Positions 1 to 10,660 of a stretch of 64,000 bases of DNA are shown one piece after another. Under the pieces are notes generated by a model, which was given only the letters and a program-made list of their open reading frames with translations, made no database searches and had not been told where the DNA came from. Origin of the DNA: Octopus sinensis (taxonomy: Eukaryota); NCBI RefSeq assembly GCF_006345805.1, contig NC_043000.1, forward strand, positions 62,992,001 to 63,056,000, given 5' to 3'. Position numbers and translations under genes: made by a program. How positions within the stretch are numbered: the first letter of the stretch is position 1; the number at the start of each line of letters is the position of its first letter.

Positions 1-213
1 ATAGTTTCAAATTTGGCACAAAGCCAGAAAATTCGGGGAATGGTATAAGTCGATTTCATCGACCCCAGTGCTCAACTGGTACTTATTTTATCGACCCCGA
101 AAGGATGAAAGGCAAGTCGACCTCGGCGGAATTTGAAATGAGAACTTGAAGACGGACGAAATACCGTCATGCATATTGCCCAATAGGCTAACGATTCTGC
201 CAACTCGCCGCTT
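1..213 (-). mobile_element. tRNA-derived SINE family A copy
   Basis: Reverse strand reads head aaagcggcgagttggcagaatcgttagc, B-box-like caaattccgccgaggtcgac, body ttcatcctttcggggtcgataaaataagtaccag and tail ctttgtgccaaatttgaaac. The same ~210 bp unit recurs about 18 times in the window. Confidence 0.85.
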
Positions 214-599
214 TAATAATAATGATGATGATGATGACAACGACGACGACGAGGAGGAGGAGGAGGTGGAGGAGGATAATGGTTACACATTTTTAGACAA
301 AGTTTATTCTTTTCCTGAACGTCATCCACAAACACAAAATAGCTACGTATATTTCACAGCCTTAAGTACAAGGCCAGCTAATTTCGAGGGAATAACGACT
401 TTTTAAAATGTGTGGAGCCAGACGAACAAGTCATAAAGGCGAGAGGTGAAGTGAAACTTTATTCAATATGTAATAGGACAAAATTAACAAGCTATGAAAA
501 CAAATATTCTCACAGAAAGAATATAAAAGGAGAATAAAATGCAATAATTAAACAAAGTATTTATATATAAATTTAAAATCCATTTGCTTTCGTTATTTT

Positions 600-1130
600 A
601 GATTTTCTATGCAGAAAGCGCTTAATGGGTCTAAGTTATCATGTGTGCAGCTGCTGAGCCCGGGATACTTTGGATGCTGAGTTTTAAAGCCTTCCTCTCA
701 GAACCCACAATAGGACACAATTCTGGTACTGCGTCGCAGTCCTGTTGAATCATGAGGACTTATATGTCCACAGCAATCTCACATAGCGTGATATCGTCGA
801 CACATTCGCTTGCCTAAATTGTGCTGCCAAAGTAGCTATTAGCCAGGGATCGACACAGTCCCAGATAATCCGAACTGCGGCCTTTTTATTTCCTCTTCCC
901 AAATATTGCAGAAACATCTTATGAACAGGTGTGTCACGCACAATTTGGACCAGCGCTTTTGCTCTGTCGTCTGTTTTGAAGGTAATATCTATGGCATCAT
1001 ACGCCTTCCCTCTTCTAGGCGAATGAAATTTCCAAATCCGTCCTAGATGGAACGAGAAAAGCGAGCATTGAGTTGGCTAAGCACAACTAAGATAATCTTC
1101 TCCTCTTGGATGGTGTCTGCCTTTTATGGA
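600..1130 (-). mobile_element. Degraded ORF1 (gag-like) remnant of a probable Tx1/L1-like non-LTR retrotransposon
   Basis: Minus frame RRGKAYDAIDITFKTDDRAKALVQIVRDTPVHKMFLQYLGRGNKKAAVRII resembles the RRM-like ORF1 of Tx1-type LINEs. It has stops and frameshifts, and was recognised by eye only. Confidence 0.4.
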
Positions 1131-1352
1131 AAATGTTGCTAAGCTTTTGTTTCTCCAGCAAAATGTTTTGCATCAAGAGTTTTTTCTTCTACATTTGAGT
1201 AAGATAACGTTACGTAATTTATATTTACATTTACTGTAATATATGCATGTATACTATTGTTACAGCTTTTGTTTGTTGCAGTTTTGGTTGTTTTTATTTT
1301 GCTGTTGTTGTTTACAGCATTTCCATTCGACATATTCAGTGTTAAATCCTAC

Positions 1353-1527
1353 CTTTTGTAGCTGATACTGATATTTTGTGTTGTACTTAGAAAAGTAGTT
1401 TTGTTTGTTATCTGTGTGAAACGTGCTGTTTCTGTACATTTACACTTTTCTTTTTTCGGGCGTGCTGTGAAATATTCGCAGCTATTTTGTGATTGTGAAT
1501 GACGTTCAGGAAAAGAATAAACTTTGT
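1353..1527 (-). CDS. Candidate internal coding exon of an unidentified host gene (175 nt, phase 1 to 2)
   Basis: Acceptor ttttcatttttag|ACAAAG and donor TACAAAAG|gtagga. Only one of three frames is open: (D)KVYSFPERHSQSQNSCEYFTARPKKEKCKCTETARFTQITNKTTFLSTTQNISISYK. Confidence 0.5.
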
Positions 1528-2049
1528 CTAAAAATGAAAAGACAGACTAGAGAAACAGTCTCAGCGATCACGCTGCAGTTATGCGAGGGCAATTTTTACG
1601 GCTTACAAACTAAATAGAAACTTAATGTAAACTTGATAGTTTTATATTATCAAATGTTCTATAATGATATGATTGTTTCAGTTTCAATACACACTGTCAG
1701 ATCAAGTCATTTACAAGACAAATACAATTCTCAACAAAAGAAAGTTGTATATAAAAGAGAGAAGAAACAAAAACATAATAAATGTGACACGTTAAAAACG
1801 TTTTTAAAATTAAACAATGGGATAAATGTTTTTTTTTCTGCTTCTTTCTTTTTTAGTTCCACAGTCACCGACAGTTTACCACCTCTTTCCCATACAGTTA
1901 TATATCTGAACATATTAGATGTTATATTTTGGAGACTTCTGTACAACCATTAAGGATGAAGACCATTCAACGAAATTCATGTCATGTTATTGGCTAAGAC
2001 ACACACATGAATCTGAGAACCTACAAAAGCTGATAAAGAACAGGGATTT

Positions 2050-2630
2050 CTAGAAGTGTGTGGTAAAACGCACCCCGGTTGCAGCCGCTCGAAGAAGATA
2101 TGGAAAGGGCAAACATAAAAAGATGCGGTAGCTATCATCTTCAATGATTCACTGTATCCCAAAAGTGATTTCGCTTGAATTATTCTACGAGAATCAGAAA
2201 TGGAAGAAGTTTGATATATTACGAAAAACTGTATAAAAAGTTTAGGCAATAATCTTGGTTGGTGCGTAAAGAACAGTGTTGAACCTTTGTTGGTAGAAAT
2301 AAAACAAGAGACCTTTTACAGACGAAAGTTCCATTGAAAAGAATGGTTATAAGAAAAGAATGGTGAAAGAGAGAGATGAAGCGGGTTGATAAAGTAATGA
2401 ATGACCAATTTATGAGTAACATAGAAAGTAGAGTAAATTAGCAAGTACCATTAGAATGGATGTGGAACGTTGAAGTCAAGACTGAAGCAACAAAAAAGAG
2501 TAGTAGAGTGGAAACCCCTGAGAACTAATTACATGAAATATAACATCGACAAAATCGTAGTTTATCTTTAAGTAGACTGTGGATTTAAAAAAGAAACAGC
2601 CAGCCATATTCTGAATGCAGGTTCTTGAGA
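2050..2630 (+). mobile_element. R4/Dong-clade non-LTR retrotransposon fragment (post-RT region to Zn knuckle)
   Basis: Frameshifted motifs LYPKSD, NGRSLIYYE, NNLGWCVKNSVEPLLVEI, DKVMNDQF, LRTNYMKYNIDK and CGFKKETASHIL match the R4/Dong order HPKSD..GGRGL..NLGWYV..EPLL..MHGQF..LRTN..ETxxHI. Confidence 0.65.
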
Positions 2631-2777
2631 TGTAAGGGAAGAAAGAAAATCTGAGATAGTCTTCTGATGTGAGTCGTTTTTTCAACATAAATGGTTGGAT
2701 GAAGACCGGCTTGCTGAAACGATGTCTTCGATGATGGTGATGATGATGATGATGATGATGATGATGACGACGACAAT

Positions 2778-2993
2778 GTTTCAAATTTTGGCATTAGACA
2801 AGCAATTTTAGTGGGAGTGGGGTTAATCGATTAGTTGATTATATCGACCTCAATACTTGAGTGGTACTTATTTTATCGATCCCAGTGGAATGAAAGGTAA
2901 GTTGACCTCGGAAGAATTTGAACTCAGAAAATAAACAAATACGACAAAGCATGTTTTCGACGCTCTAGCGATTCTGCCGGCTCTCTTAATAAT

Positions 2994-3080
<87 letters not shown>

Positions 3081-3289
3081 AATAATAATAATAATCCACA
3101 AATCCTGAAATTTGAGGGAGAAGTTGATTACATCGACCTCTGTGTTTCACTGGTACTTAATTTGTCGACCCCGAAAAGATGAAAGGCAAAGTTGACCTCG
3201 GCGGAATTTGGACTCAAAACATAGCGGCACACGAAATACCGCTAAGCATTTCGCCCTGTGTGCTAACGATTCAGCCAGCTCGCTGCCTT
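2778..3289 (-). mobile_element. Two SINE-A copies (2778-2987 and 3096-3289) separated by (AAT)n/(AAC)n
   Basis: Both align to the family A unit; heads at ctctctt (2987) and cgctgcctt (3289). Confidence 0.8.
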
Positions 3290-3438
3290 AATAATAATAA
3301 TAGTAATAATAATAATAATAATAATAATTATAATAATAATAATAATAATTATAATAATAATAATAATAAAAATAAAAATGATAATAATAATAATAATAAT
3401 AATAATATAATAATAATAATAATAATAATAACAACAAC

Positions 3439-3537
<99 letters not shown>

Positions 3538-3560
3538 AAGAAGAAGAAAGCAACAACAAC
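3290..3560. repeat. Compound (AAT)n/(AAC)n/(AAG)n microsatellite
   Basis: Seen directly; it generates the poly-N/I/R/Y ORFs in the track. Confidence 0.95.
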
Positions 3561-3634
3561 GATAGCAACAACAACAGCAGCAACAATGGCGACGATGAGG
3601 TCAACAATGTTTAACTCAAGAGTACGCCGCTTAC

Positions 3635-3711
3635 CTACTCTATAAAGATTATTAAAATGATTGAAAAACAACGAGTCAAATCGAAAGATTGCCAAAAATG
3701 TAGAAGCATAA
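3635..3711 (-). CDS. Candidate internal coding exon (77 nt, phase 2 to 1), phase-compatible with 1353-1527
   Basis: Acceptor tttaactagtattacttacag|TTATG and donor GAGTAG|gtaagc. Frame YASTFLAIFRFDSLFFNHFNNLYRV+G; the final G plus AC of the next exon gives GAC (Asp). Confidence 0.4.
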
Positions 3712-3989
3712 CTGTAAGTAATACTAGTTAAATTTATTGACAATAAATGTTTTTGAAATATTCATAATAGTCGGTGATCTGATGTCGTGTAAAAAGAAAT
3801 GATCGGAGCATAGTTTATAACAGTACCGATTTAGCACCTCCACCCATAATAAATGACAGAAAATATAACTGCGTACCGTAGCATTCAGACATGGTTTATT
3901 ATGCAGTTTACTGCCGTAAAAAAGTGCATTATCCTAAAAGAAAAATTAAAATAAATTGGGATAGAAACCGGAAGCAACGACAGTGACAC

Positions 3990-4310
3990 CCTTTAATTTC
4001 ATGTAAAAATATGTGGGACATAATGTAGAGATCGTACATAATTTCGTTTTACGGATAGCCTCTTACACATACGTACGTTAGTTAAATTATTACTGGTAGT
4101 AAAATAGCTATTCTGAAAAAAGGAATTAGCTTGTATTGTCCCAGTGAATCCACAAGAACAACGCCACCGCTTGCCGTAAGTCTTTTCTCTACAACTCATT
4201 AGTCGTGCAGGATTATTGCATTGTTCACATGTAACTGTGTTGGCTATCACGCGTTGACATACAAGCCACCAAATAATTGCCTTCACACCAGTATAGGACA
4301 TTGGAACATT
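3990..4310 (-). mobile_element. Merlin (IS1595/ISXO2-like) transposase N-terminal fragment
   Basis: AIIWWL..CEQC..KRWRCSCG..TIQANSFFQNS followed, after a frameshift, by RGYPxNEIMYDLYIMSH. This is the Zn-ribbon and downstream pattern of Merlin transposases. No TIRs seen. Confidence 0.55.
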
Positions 4311-4367
4311 GTACCTCAGCTGCTTTTTCTAAAATACTTAGCATATCACTAAAATGTACCATACATG

Positions 4368-4742
4368 TAGGCTTGATATAGTAGTAGTAGATAAAGAGTG
4401 TAGAATGTGCCAGATAATTGACTTTGCAGTCCCCCAAAAATGAAAAAATCAATATGAGAGGTATAGGAAAAATAGCTAACTACCAGGACCTAGCCATTGA
4501 ATTACATAGACACTGGAAAGTGCGGGTAAAATGTATCCCAGTAGTTATAGGTGCACTGTGAGCTATTCCTAAAGATCTGAACAGATGGATATAAAACCCA
4601 ATTAAGTACAGGTTCAGAAAATAGTGTTGTTAGGGAAAGCTAGGATACTTAGAAAGGTTCTTGTCATCTAAGATTACTTGTTGTAGCCTGATGTTAGGAT
4701 TTTTTTCTTTTTCAACAGTCTAATCTGTTGTTTGTATATGAA
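4368..4742 (+). mobile_element. R4/Dong 3' end: restriction-like endonuclease domain and 3' UTR ending in (AAT)n
   Basis: RLDIVVVDKECRMCQIIDFAVP..KIANYQDLAIELHRHWKVRVKCIPVVIGAL..QKIVLLGKARILRKVL is the PD-(D/E)xK REL domain. The UTR runs straight into aataataat. Confidence 0.8.
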
Positions 4743-4872
4743 AATAATAATAATAATAATCCTTTCTACTAAATAATAATAATAATCCTCTCAGCTGAAA
4801 TTCGGGGCAGAGAGATTAGTCAATTACATCGATCCCAATGTTTCACTTTATTTATCGATCCCGAAAGGATCA

Positions 4873-5340
4873 TGGTATAAAAGAAGGGTTACAGCAAATA
4901 GTCTGCTCAATACCATTGACAAGCTATAGTTGTTTAACCATAACCAGTTAAGCATGTCCCTTGGTGGCTGACGATATGTGCATCTCTGATCACGAGAAGT
5001 AGTGGGTGAGCATCGTAGCCATATATTGAAAGGAACTCTTTGAGGTTTGAATAATTCACCCCTGTAAACACGGGAGTTTCGTTTAATATCTTTAAACAAC
5101 CCTTATTCGGGGACCTTCTGAGATGGATGGACTACTCAACCTGAAAAAAATTCTAACTAGGCCCCACTTGCAAGGTCATGTGCTGTTTAACCTTGATATG
5201 TAATCACCATGTTGCGCACATATGGTTGTGATGCATGTGCCTGGTGTGCCCTTATCAGACGGATAGTCATGCTGAGTATACTGGGCTCCGTGTATTTTAC
5301 CCCAGGATCACTTTGATGATATGCACTGCTCTCTCAGTGC
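4873..5340 (+). mobile_element. Non-coding ~470-500 bp interspersed element (family D), copy 1
   Basis: Aligns along its length with 9967-10442 and with the reverse complement of 24992-25472. Confidence 0.8.
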
Positions 5341-5852
5341 ATAATGAGATCGTTTCTTTATTGACCGCAGGGATGTCATGAATTATTTTTTATAATATAC
5401 ATACGTTGGAGTATGCATTTTTGTAGTACTAAAATTCAAAGTCCACTTGTCTTTTTGAGAATTTTAGCAAAAACTGTACATTGTGGCAATAAATTGCATC
5501 GATTAATGGACTCTTTAACACAAGTCCTTTTACTTCAAATGTTTTCCATTTGAATATTGAAAGCCGAAAAATATTGATTATTGTGACAACAGTAAAGTAA
5601 TTTCCATCATTCGTGAGAAATGGAGACAATTCATGACGTCAGCAAGTAGATGTGTGTGCGTGCGCGCGGGGGGAGTGTGTGCGCGTGTGTCAGTGTGGAG
5701 TATCAGTAGAGGAAGAGAGGAAATCTCATCTTAATCTACGTTCTATTTTTGAGACAAAATATATATAGGCACACAGATATACACACACACACATATATAA
5801 ATATACATACACATACATATATATATACATACATACATAGACACATACATAC

Positions 5853-5934
<82 letters not shown>

Positions 5935-5974
5935 TTATTCGTGTGTGTGTACGTGTGTGTATGTATGAATAAAT

Positions 5975-6165
5975 CTATGCATGTGTGTCTTTGTGGTTGT
6001 ATTTGTCCTCCATCGCCACTTGACAACAGGTGTTGGCTTGTTGATATCCCTATAACTTAGTGGTTCGGTAAAAAAACCCGACAGAGCAAGTACTAGGCTT
6101 TAAAAAAAATACTGATGTCAATTAATTTACTCTACTAAACTTTTCAAACCGGTGCTCTAGCATGG
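5975..6165 (+). mobile_element. SINE family B, 3' half
   Basis: cttgacaacaggtgttgg..taacttagtggttcgg..aagtactaggctt..ggtgctctagcatgg matches the 3' half of the full copy at 7153-7590. Confidence 0.75.
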
Positions 6166-6174
6166 ATTTTTTAA

Positions 6175-6205
<31 letters not shown>

Positions 6206-6236
6206 TGTATGTATGTATGTATGTATGTATGTATGT

Positions 6237-6404
6237 ATACACGACAGACTTCTGTCAGTTTCCGACGACCAAATCCACTCACAAGGCTTTGGTCTGCCCG
6301 AGGCTATAGCAGAAGACACTTGCCCAAGGTGCCGCGCAGTGAGACTAAACCCGGAATCATGTGGTTGGGGAGCAAGCTTCTTACCACACAGCCACTCCTG
6401 CGCA
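6237..6404 (-). mobile_element. SINE family B, 5' half (tRNA-like head)
   Basis: Reverse strand gcgcaggagtggctgtgtggtaagaagcttgctccccaaccacatgattccgggtttagtc.. has A/B-box-like motifs. Confidence 0.8.
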
Positions 6405-6431
6405 TATACATACAATATAATATATAATGTA

Positions 6432-6464
<33 letters not shown>

Positions 6465-6612
6465 ATGTATGTATGTACGTATGTATGTATGTATGCATGT
6501 ATGTATGTATGTATGTATGTATGTATGTATGTATGTATGTATGTATGTATGCATGTATGTATGTATGTATGCATGTATGCATGTATGTATGCATGTATGT
6601 ATGTATGTATGT

Positions 6613-6860
6613 GAAGGCGCATGGCTTAGTGGTTAGGGTGTTCAGCTCACGATCGTAATGTCGTGAGTTCAGTTACCGGATATACGTTGTGTCCTTGAGC
6701 AAGACATTTTATTTCACGTTGCTCCAGTCCATTCAGGTGGCAAAAATGAGTAGTACCTGTATTTCAAAGGACCAGCGTTATCACACTCTGTGTCACGCTG
6801 ATTCTTCCTAAGAACTACGTTAAGGGTACTCGTGTTTTTGGAGTGTAACTCGGCTAAAGA
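6613..6860 (+). mobile_element. tRNA-derived SINE family C
   Basis: Head ggcgcatggcttagtggttagggtgttcagctcacgatcg..gagttc, then gtgtccttgagcaagacattttatttcacgttgctccag. Related copies lie at 46164-46408 and 62045-62271. Confidence 0.8.
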
Positions 6861-7152
6861 CATAGATATCCTTGGGAAAATGGTTTTGCCACAGTGATTC
6901 CTTACAGCAAACGTTTTTAGTGCAACTCCTTCAGGTTCCATCTGCACAACTCATGTCTTCTCCCAACTTAACATATTCGCTATAACCAAGTTAAAGTCGT
7001 TTGTATTTGATGACCATAATATTGCCGGAAAGTGTCTATTTCTTATTAATCGTTGTAATTCTATTCAGTTAGCATTTGATACGCCTGAGTAGTCAATAGC
7101 CATATTCTGCTTACGTTAATTAGGAATTTAATTAAAATATTTAATGGATATG

Positions 7153-7590
7153 GGCGCAGGCGCGGCTGTATGGTAAGAAGTTTGCTTCCCAAACACATGA
7201 ATCTGGGATCAGTCCGGCTGCGTTGCACCCTGGGAAAGTGTCTTTTGCTATAGCTTCGAGCTGACACAACCTTCTTGAGTGGATTTGCTAGACCGAAACT
7301 GGAAGAAGCCCGTCGTATATATGTATGTATGTATGTGTGTGTGTGTGAGCGTGCGCGTGCATTTCTTTGTTCTGTGCATCTGTGTCTTTGTGTCTATGTT
7401 TGTTCCCCACTACCACTTGACAACCGGTGTTGGTGTGTTTACGTCCTCGTAATTTGGCGGTTCGACAAAAGGAACTGATAGAATAAGTACCAGGCTTAAA
7501 AACATAAGTACCGGGGTCGATTCGTTCGACGAAACCTCTTCAAAGCGGTGCCCCAGCATGACCACAGTCTAATGACTGAAACAAATAAAA
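7153..7590 (+). mobile_element. Full-length SINE family B with internal TA/TG microsatellite
   Basis: Head ggcgcagg..tggtaagaag, central (TATG/TG)n, tail gccccagcatgaccacagtctaatgactgaaacaaataaaa. Confidence 0.85.
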
Positions 7591-7610
7591 AATTAACCCA
7601 ACTTTAATAA

Positions 7611-7824
7611 CCCTTTCTCCTACAAACACAAGGCTTGAAATTTTGGGGAGGGCACAAGTCGATTACATCGATCCCAGTGCATAACAGGTACTTATTTCAT
7701 CGACCCCCAAAAGGATGAAAGGCAAAGTGGACCTCGGCGGAATTTGAATTGAGAACGTAAGCGGACGAAATGCCGCTAATCATTTTGCCCAGCGTACTAA
7801 CAATTCTGACAGCTCATCGCCTTA
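7611..7824 (-). mobile_element. SINE-A copy with 16-bp target-site duplication
   Basis: aacccaactttaataa occurs at both 7595-7610 and 7825-7840. Confidence 0.9.
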
Positions 7825-8384
7825 AACCCAACTTTAATAATGACAACGTTACACTAGAAGTTTTATAGCATCTAACACACAACTGTCTGTTATTTTACTT
7901 TTATTCCTTAGTTGTTTCACTTTGTAGGAAAAGGCTTCCATGTTATAACCTATCGATGCATTCTTAATAATAACCTAACAACGCATTCAAGGTCTAGGAG
8001 ATTTGAACGTGAGTATCTGATCATTGTTTTTTTTTTGCCACTGGAGAATGCCTCTTCCTTTTGGAAGATGTATGTTCACAACACACATGATTCGCCGATT
8101 CAATGGTGTAAGGGGACTCTAAGACACCACGTCCCTCAGCCAAAGCTACGACACGGCCAGACACTTGTTTATAGAAATCTACATTTGACAAAGGACTTTG
8201 GAAACGAAGAGGCGTCCAATTGTCATATTTTCAACAAATGCTAGCTTAATATCTTTATTAAATAATTTTTAACGTTTGTGTTGCGAAACAAGGTGTTTTA
8301 AGAAGCGTCGTTGTTAATTACACAACTACATTTATGCTTATATGATATTGTATATTTCATATAAAAACTGCTTGTACTATATGA

Positions 8385-8563
8385 ATAAAGCCTGCAATTT
8401 CGCGATTTCATTGATCCAGTGCTCAACTGGTACTTATGTGATCGACTCCGAAAGAATAAAAGGTTAAATCGACCTCAATCGAATTTGAACTCAGAACATA
8501 AAGCCGGAAGAATAATTGTTACTGAGCATTCTGTCCAACGCGCTAACGATTCTACCACCACCA
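8385..8563 (-). mobile_element. SINE-A copy followed by (AAT)n 8564-8655
   Basis: Aligns to the family A body and head. Confidence 0.75.
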
Positions 8564-8564
8564 C

Positions 8565-8633
<69 letters not shown>

Positions 8634-8655
8634 CAACAACAACAATAATAATAAT

Positions 8656-9203
8656 GATTTCTTTTATTGGCTACAAGGGCCAAAAGATATGGTTCCGGGT
8701 TTAGTCAAAGGACGAGTTACAACACAAAAAATTACAAAAACCTGTGGAGTTAACATGAATCAAAGGGGGATTCTGCCACATTGAAGGATATCATGGAGAA
8801 TATATAATAGAAAGTAGAGAAACAAGTAATAAATAAATAAATAGAATCCCCAATTAGAATCCCCAATAACGGGACAGTCCACTTAGGGTAATCCGGGGTA
8901 AACCCCACACAAAAATCCCGGCTTACTCTGCCATCTCCAAGGCATGGGAAAATGCTTAGAAAAGCATATTCAGAGTAGATCTATTCAGTCTCACCAGTCT
9001 TGCCACTGTCAACCATCTTTTGATAAACACTCCATCTCTATCCATCTCTATCCTCACTTTCCTCTTCAAATGATATTAGAAGAAATTGATGAGGGCTTCA
9101 CCAGGCAGGAATGTGCCTATCTTCAAACCTTTCAAACGGGTCCATCAAACAGCCTCTTTTGCCACAGCCACAAAGCAGAGAAAGAGCTGCCTTCCTTCTC
9201 TGC

Positions 9204-9204
<1 letters not shown>
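8656..9204 (-). mobile_element. 5'-truncated Tx1/L1-like LINE 3' end
   Basis: Minus frame GRQLFLCFVAVAKEAVxWTRLKG..LINFFxYHLKRKVRIE..FIKRWLTVARL resembles an L1/Tx1 ORF2 C-terminus. The 3' UTR ends gccaataaaagaaatc. Both ends abut (AAT)n. Confidence 0.6.
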
Positions 9205-9259
<55 letters not shown>

Positions 9260-9330
9260 GTTGACTGTAACTAGGTAAATAAAATCTTCGAACAGATAGT
9301 CAGTAGCGACACCTGCTGGTTCTGACTACG

Positions 9331-9371
9331 CTGCATTGATAAGGGGCAACAACCCTGAAACATGTCTGCAG
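9331..9371 (+). ncRNA. Minimal type-I hammerhead ribozyme motif with U3-A8 core variant
   Basis: Stem I ctgca/tgcag; core TTGATAA; stem II GGGG-caacaa-CCCT; GAAA; palindromic stem III ACATGT; GUC cleavage triplet. Confidence 0.65.
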
Positions 9372-9612
9372 ATGTCTGACTAGCAAGGTGAAGCGGCTGA
9401 CCTCCCCTGTTCGAAGGTTGTAATGGACGCAGGTTCGTGTGTCATATAGCTAGCTAGAGGCGGTGGCCTCTTGGAGCTAATCAGCGATAGCTTTAGTCTT
9501 ATATTTAGACTGCCATATTAGTATGGCGATAACTATTAATATCCAGTAACGCTGCCGTAATCTCCTTTAGAGAGACTTAGTAATTTTAATATTTCTATTA
9601 ATAATAATAATG

Positions 9613-9683
<71 letters not shown>

Positions 9684-9691
9684 TAATAATA

Positions 9692-9991
9692 AGTCTTGGT
9701 ATAAAAGATGGGCTACAGTCTTGGTATAAAAGATGGGCTACAGTCTTGGTATAAAAGATGGGCTACATTCTTGGTATAAAAGATGGGCTACAGTCTTGGT
9801 ATAAAAGATGGGCTACAGTCTTGGTATAAAAGATGGGCTACAGTCTTGGTATAAAAGATGGGCTACAGTCTTGGTATAAAAGATGGGCTACATTCTTGGT
9901 ATAAAAGATGGGCTACAGTCTTGGTATAAAAGATGGGCTACAGTCTTGGTATAAAAGATGGGCTACAGTCTTGGTATAAAAGATGGGCTAC
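9692..9991 (+). repeat. Tandem array of 12 x 25 bp (agtcttggtataaaagatgggctac) at the 5' end of family D copy 2
   Basis: Counted directly: 300 bp. Units 4 and 9 carry a G-to-T variant (attcttgg). Confidence 0.95.
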
Positions 9992-10442
9992 AGCAAATAT
10001 TCTGCTCAATACCACAGATTTGCTTGTCAGTTGTTTGACCTTAACCAGTTGAGCATGTCCCTTAGTGGCTGACGATATGTGCATCTCTGATCACGAGCAG
10101 AAGTAGTGGGGGAGCATCATAGCCATGTGTTGAGAGGGATTCTTTGGGGTTTGAATAGTTCACCTCTGGAAACATGGGTGGTTCTTTCAACATCCTTAAA
10201 CAACCCTTATTCAGGGACCGTTTGAGCGAGATGGGCTACTCAACCTGAAGAAAATTCTAACTGGGCCCCACCTGCAAGGTCATGTGCTGTTTATCTTGAT
10301 ATGAGATCACCATGTCGCGCACATATGGTTGTGATGCATGTGCATGGTGTACCTTTATCAGACGGGTAGTCATGATGGGTATATTGGACATCGTATATTT
10401 TACCCCAGTGTCACTTTGATGGCATGAACTGCTCTCTCACTC
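9967..10442 (+). mobile_element. Family D element copy 2, flanked by (AAT)n on both sides
   Basis: Homologous to 4873-5340 and 24992-25472; ends ctctctcactc|aataataat. Confidence 0.85.
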
Positions 10443-10457
10443 AATAATAATAATAAT

Positions 10458-10660
10458 AAAGGCATAAGGCCTGAAATTCGGGGAATAGAACAGTCGATTA
10501 CATTGACCCCAATAACCAACTAGTGTTTATTTTATCGACTCCGATAGTGATGAAAGGTAATGTTGACGCCGGTGGCATTTGAACTCATAACGTAAACACG
10601 GATGAAAGGCTGCTAAGCGTTTTGTCTGGCGTTTTAATGATTCTGCCAGCTTACCGCCTT
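10458..10660 (-). mobile_element. SINE-A copy
   Basis: Aligns to family A; head ttaccgcctt at 10660. Confidence 0.8.

Noticed and set aside
9692-9991. CRISPR-like array
   Set aside because: The repeats are contiguous with no spacers, there are no cas genes, and the context is eukaryotic.
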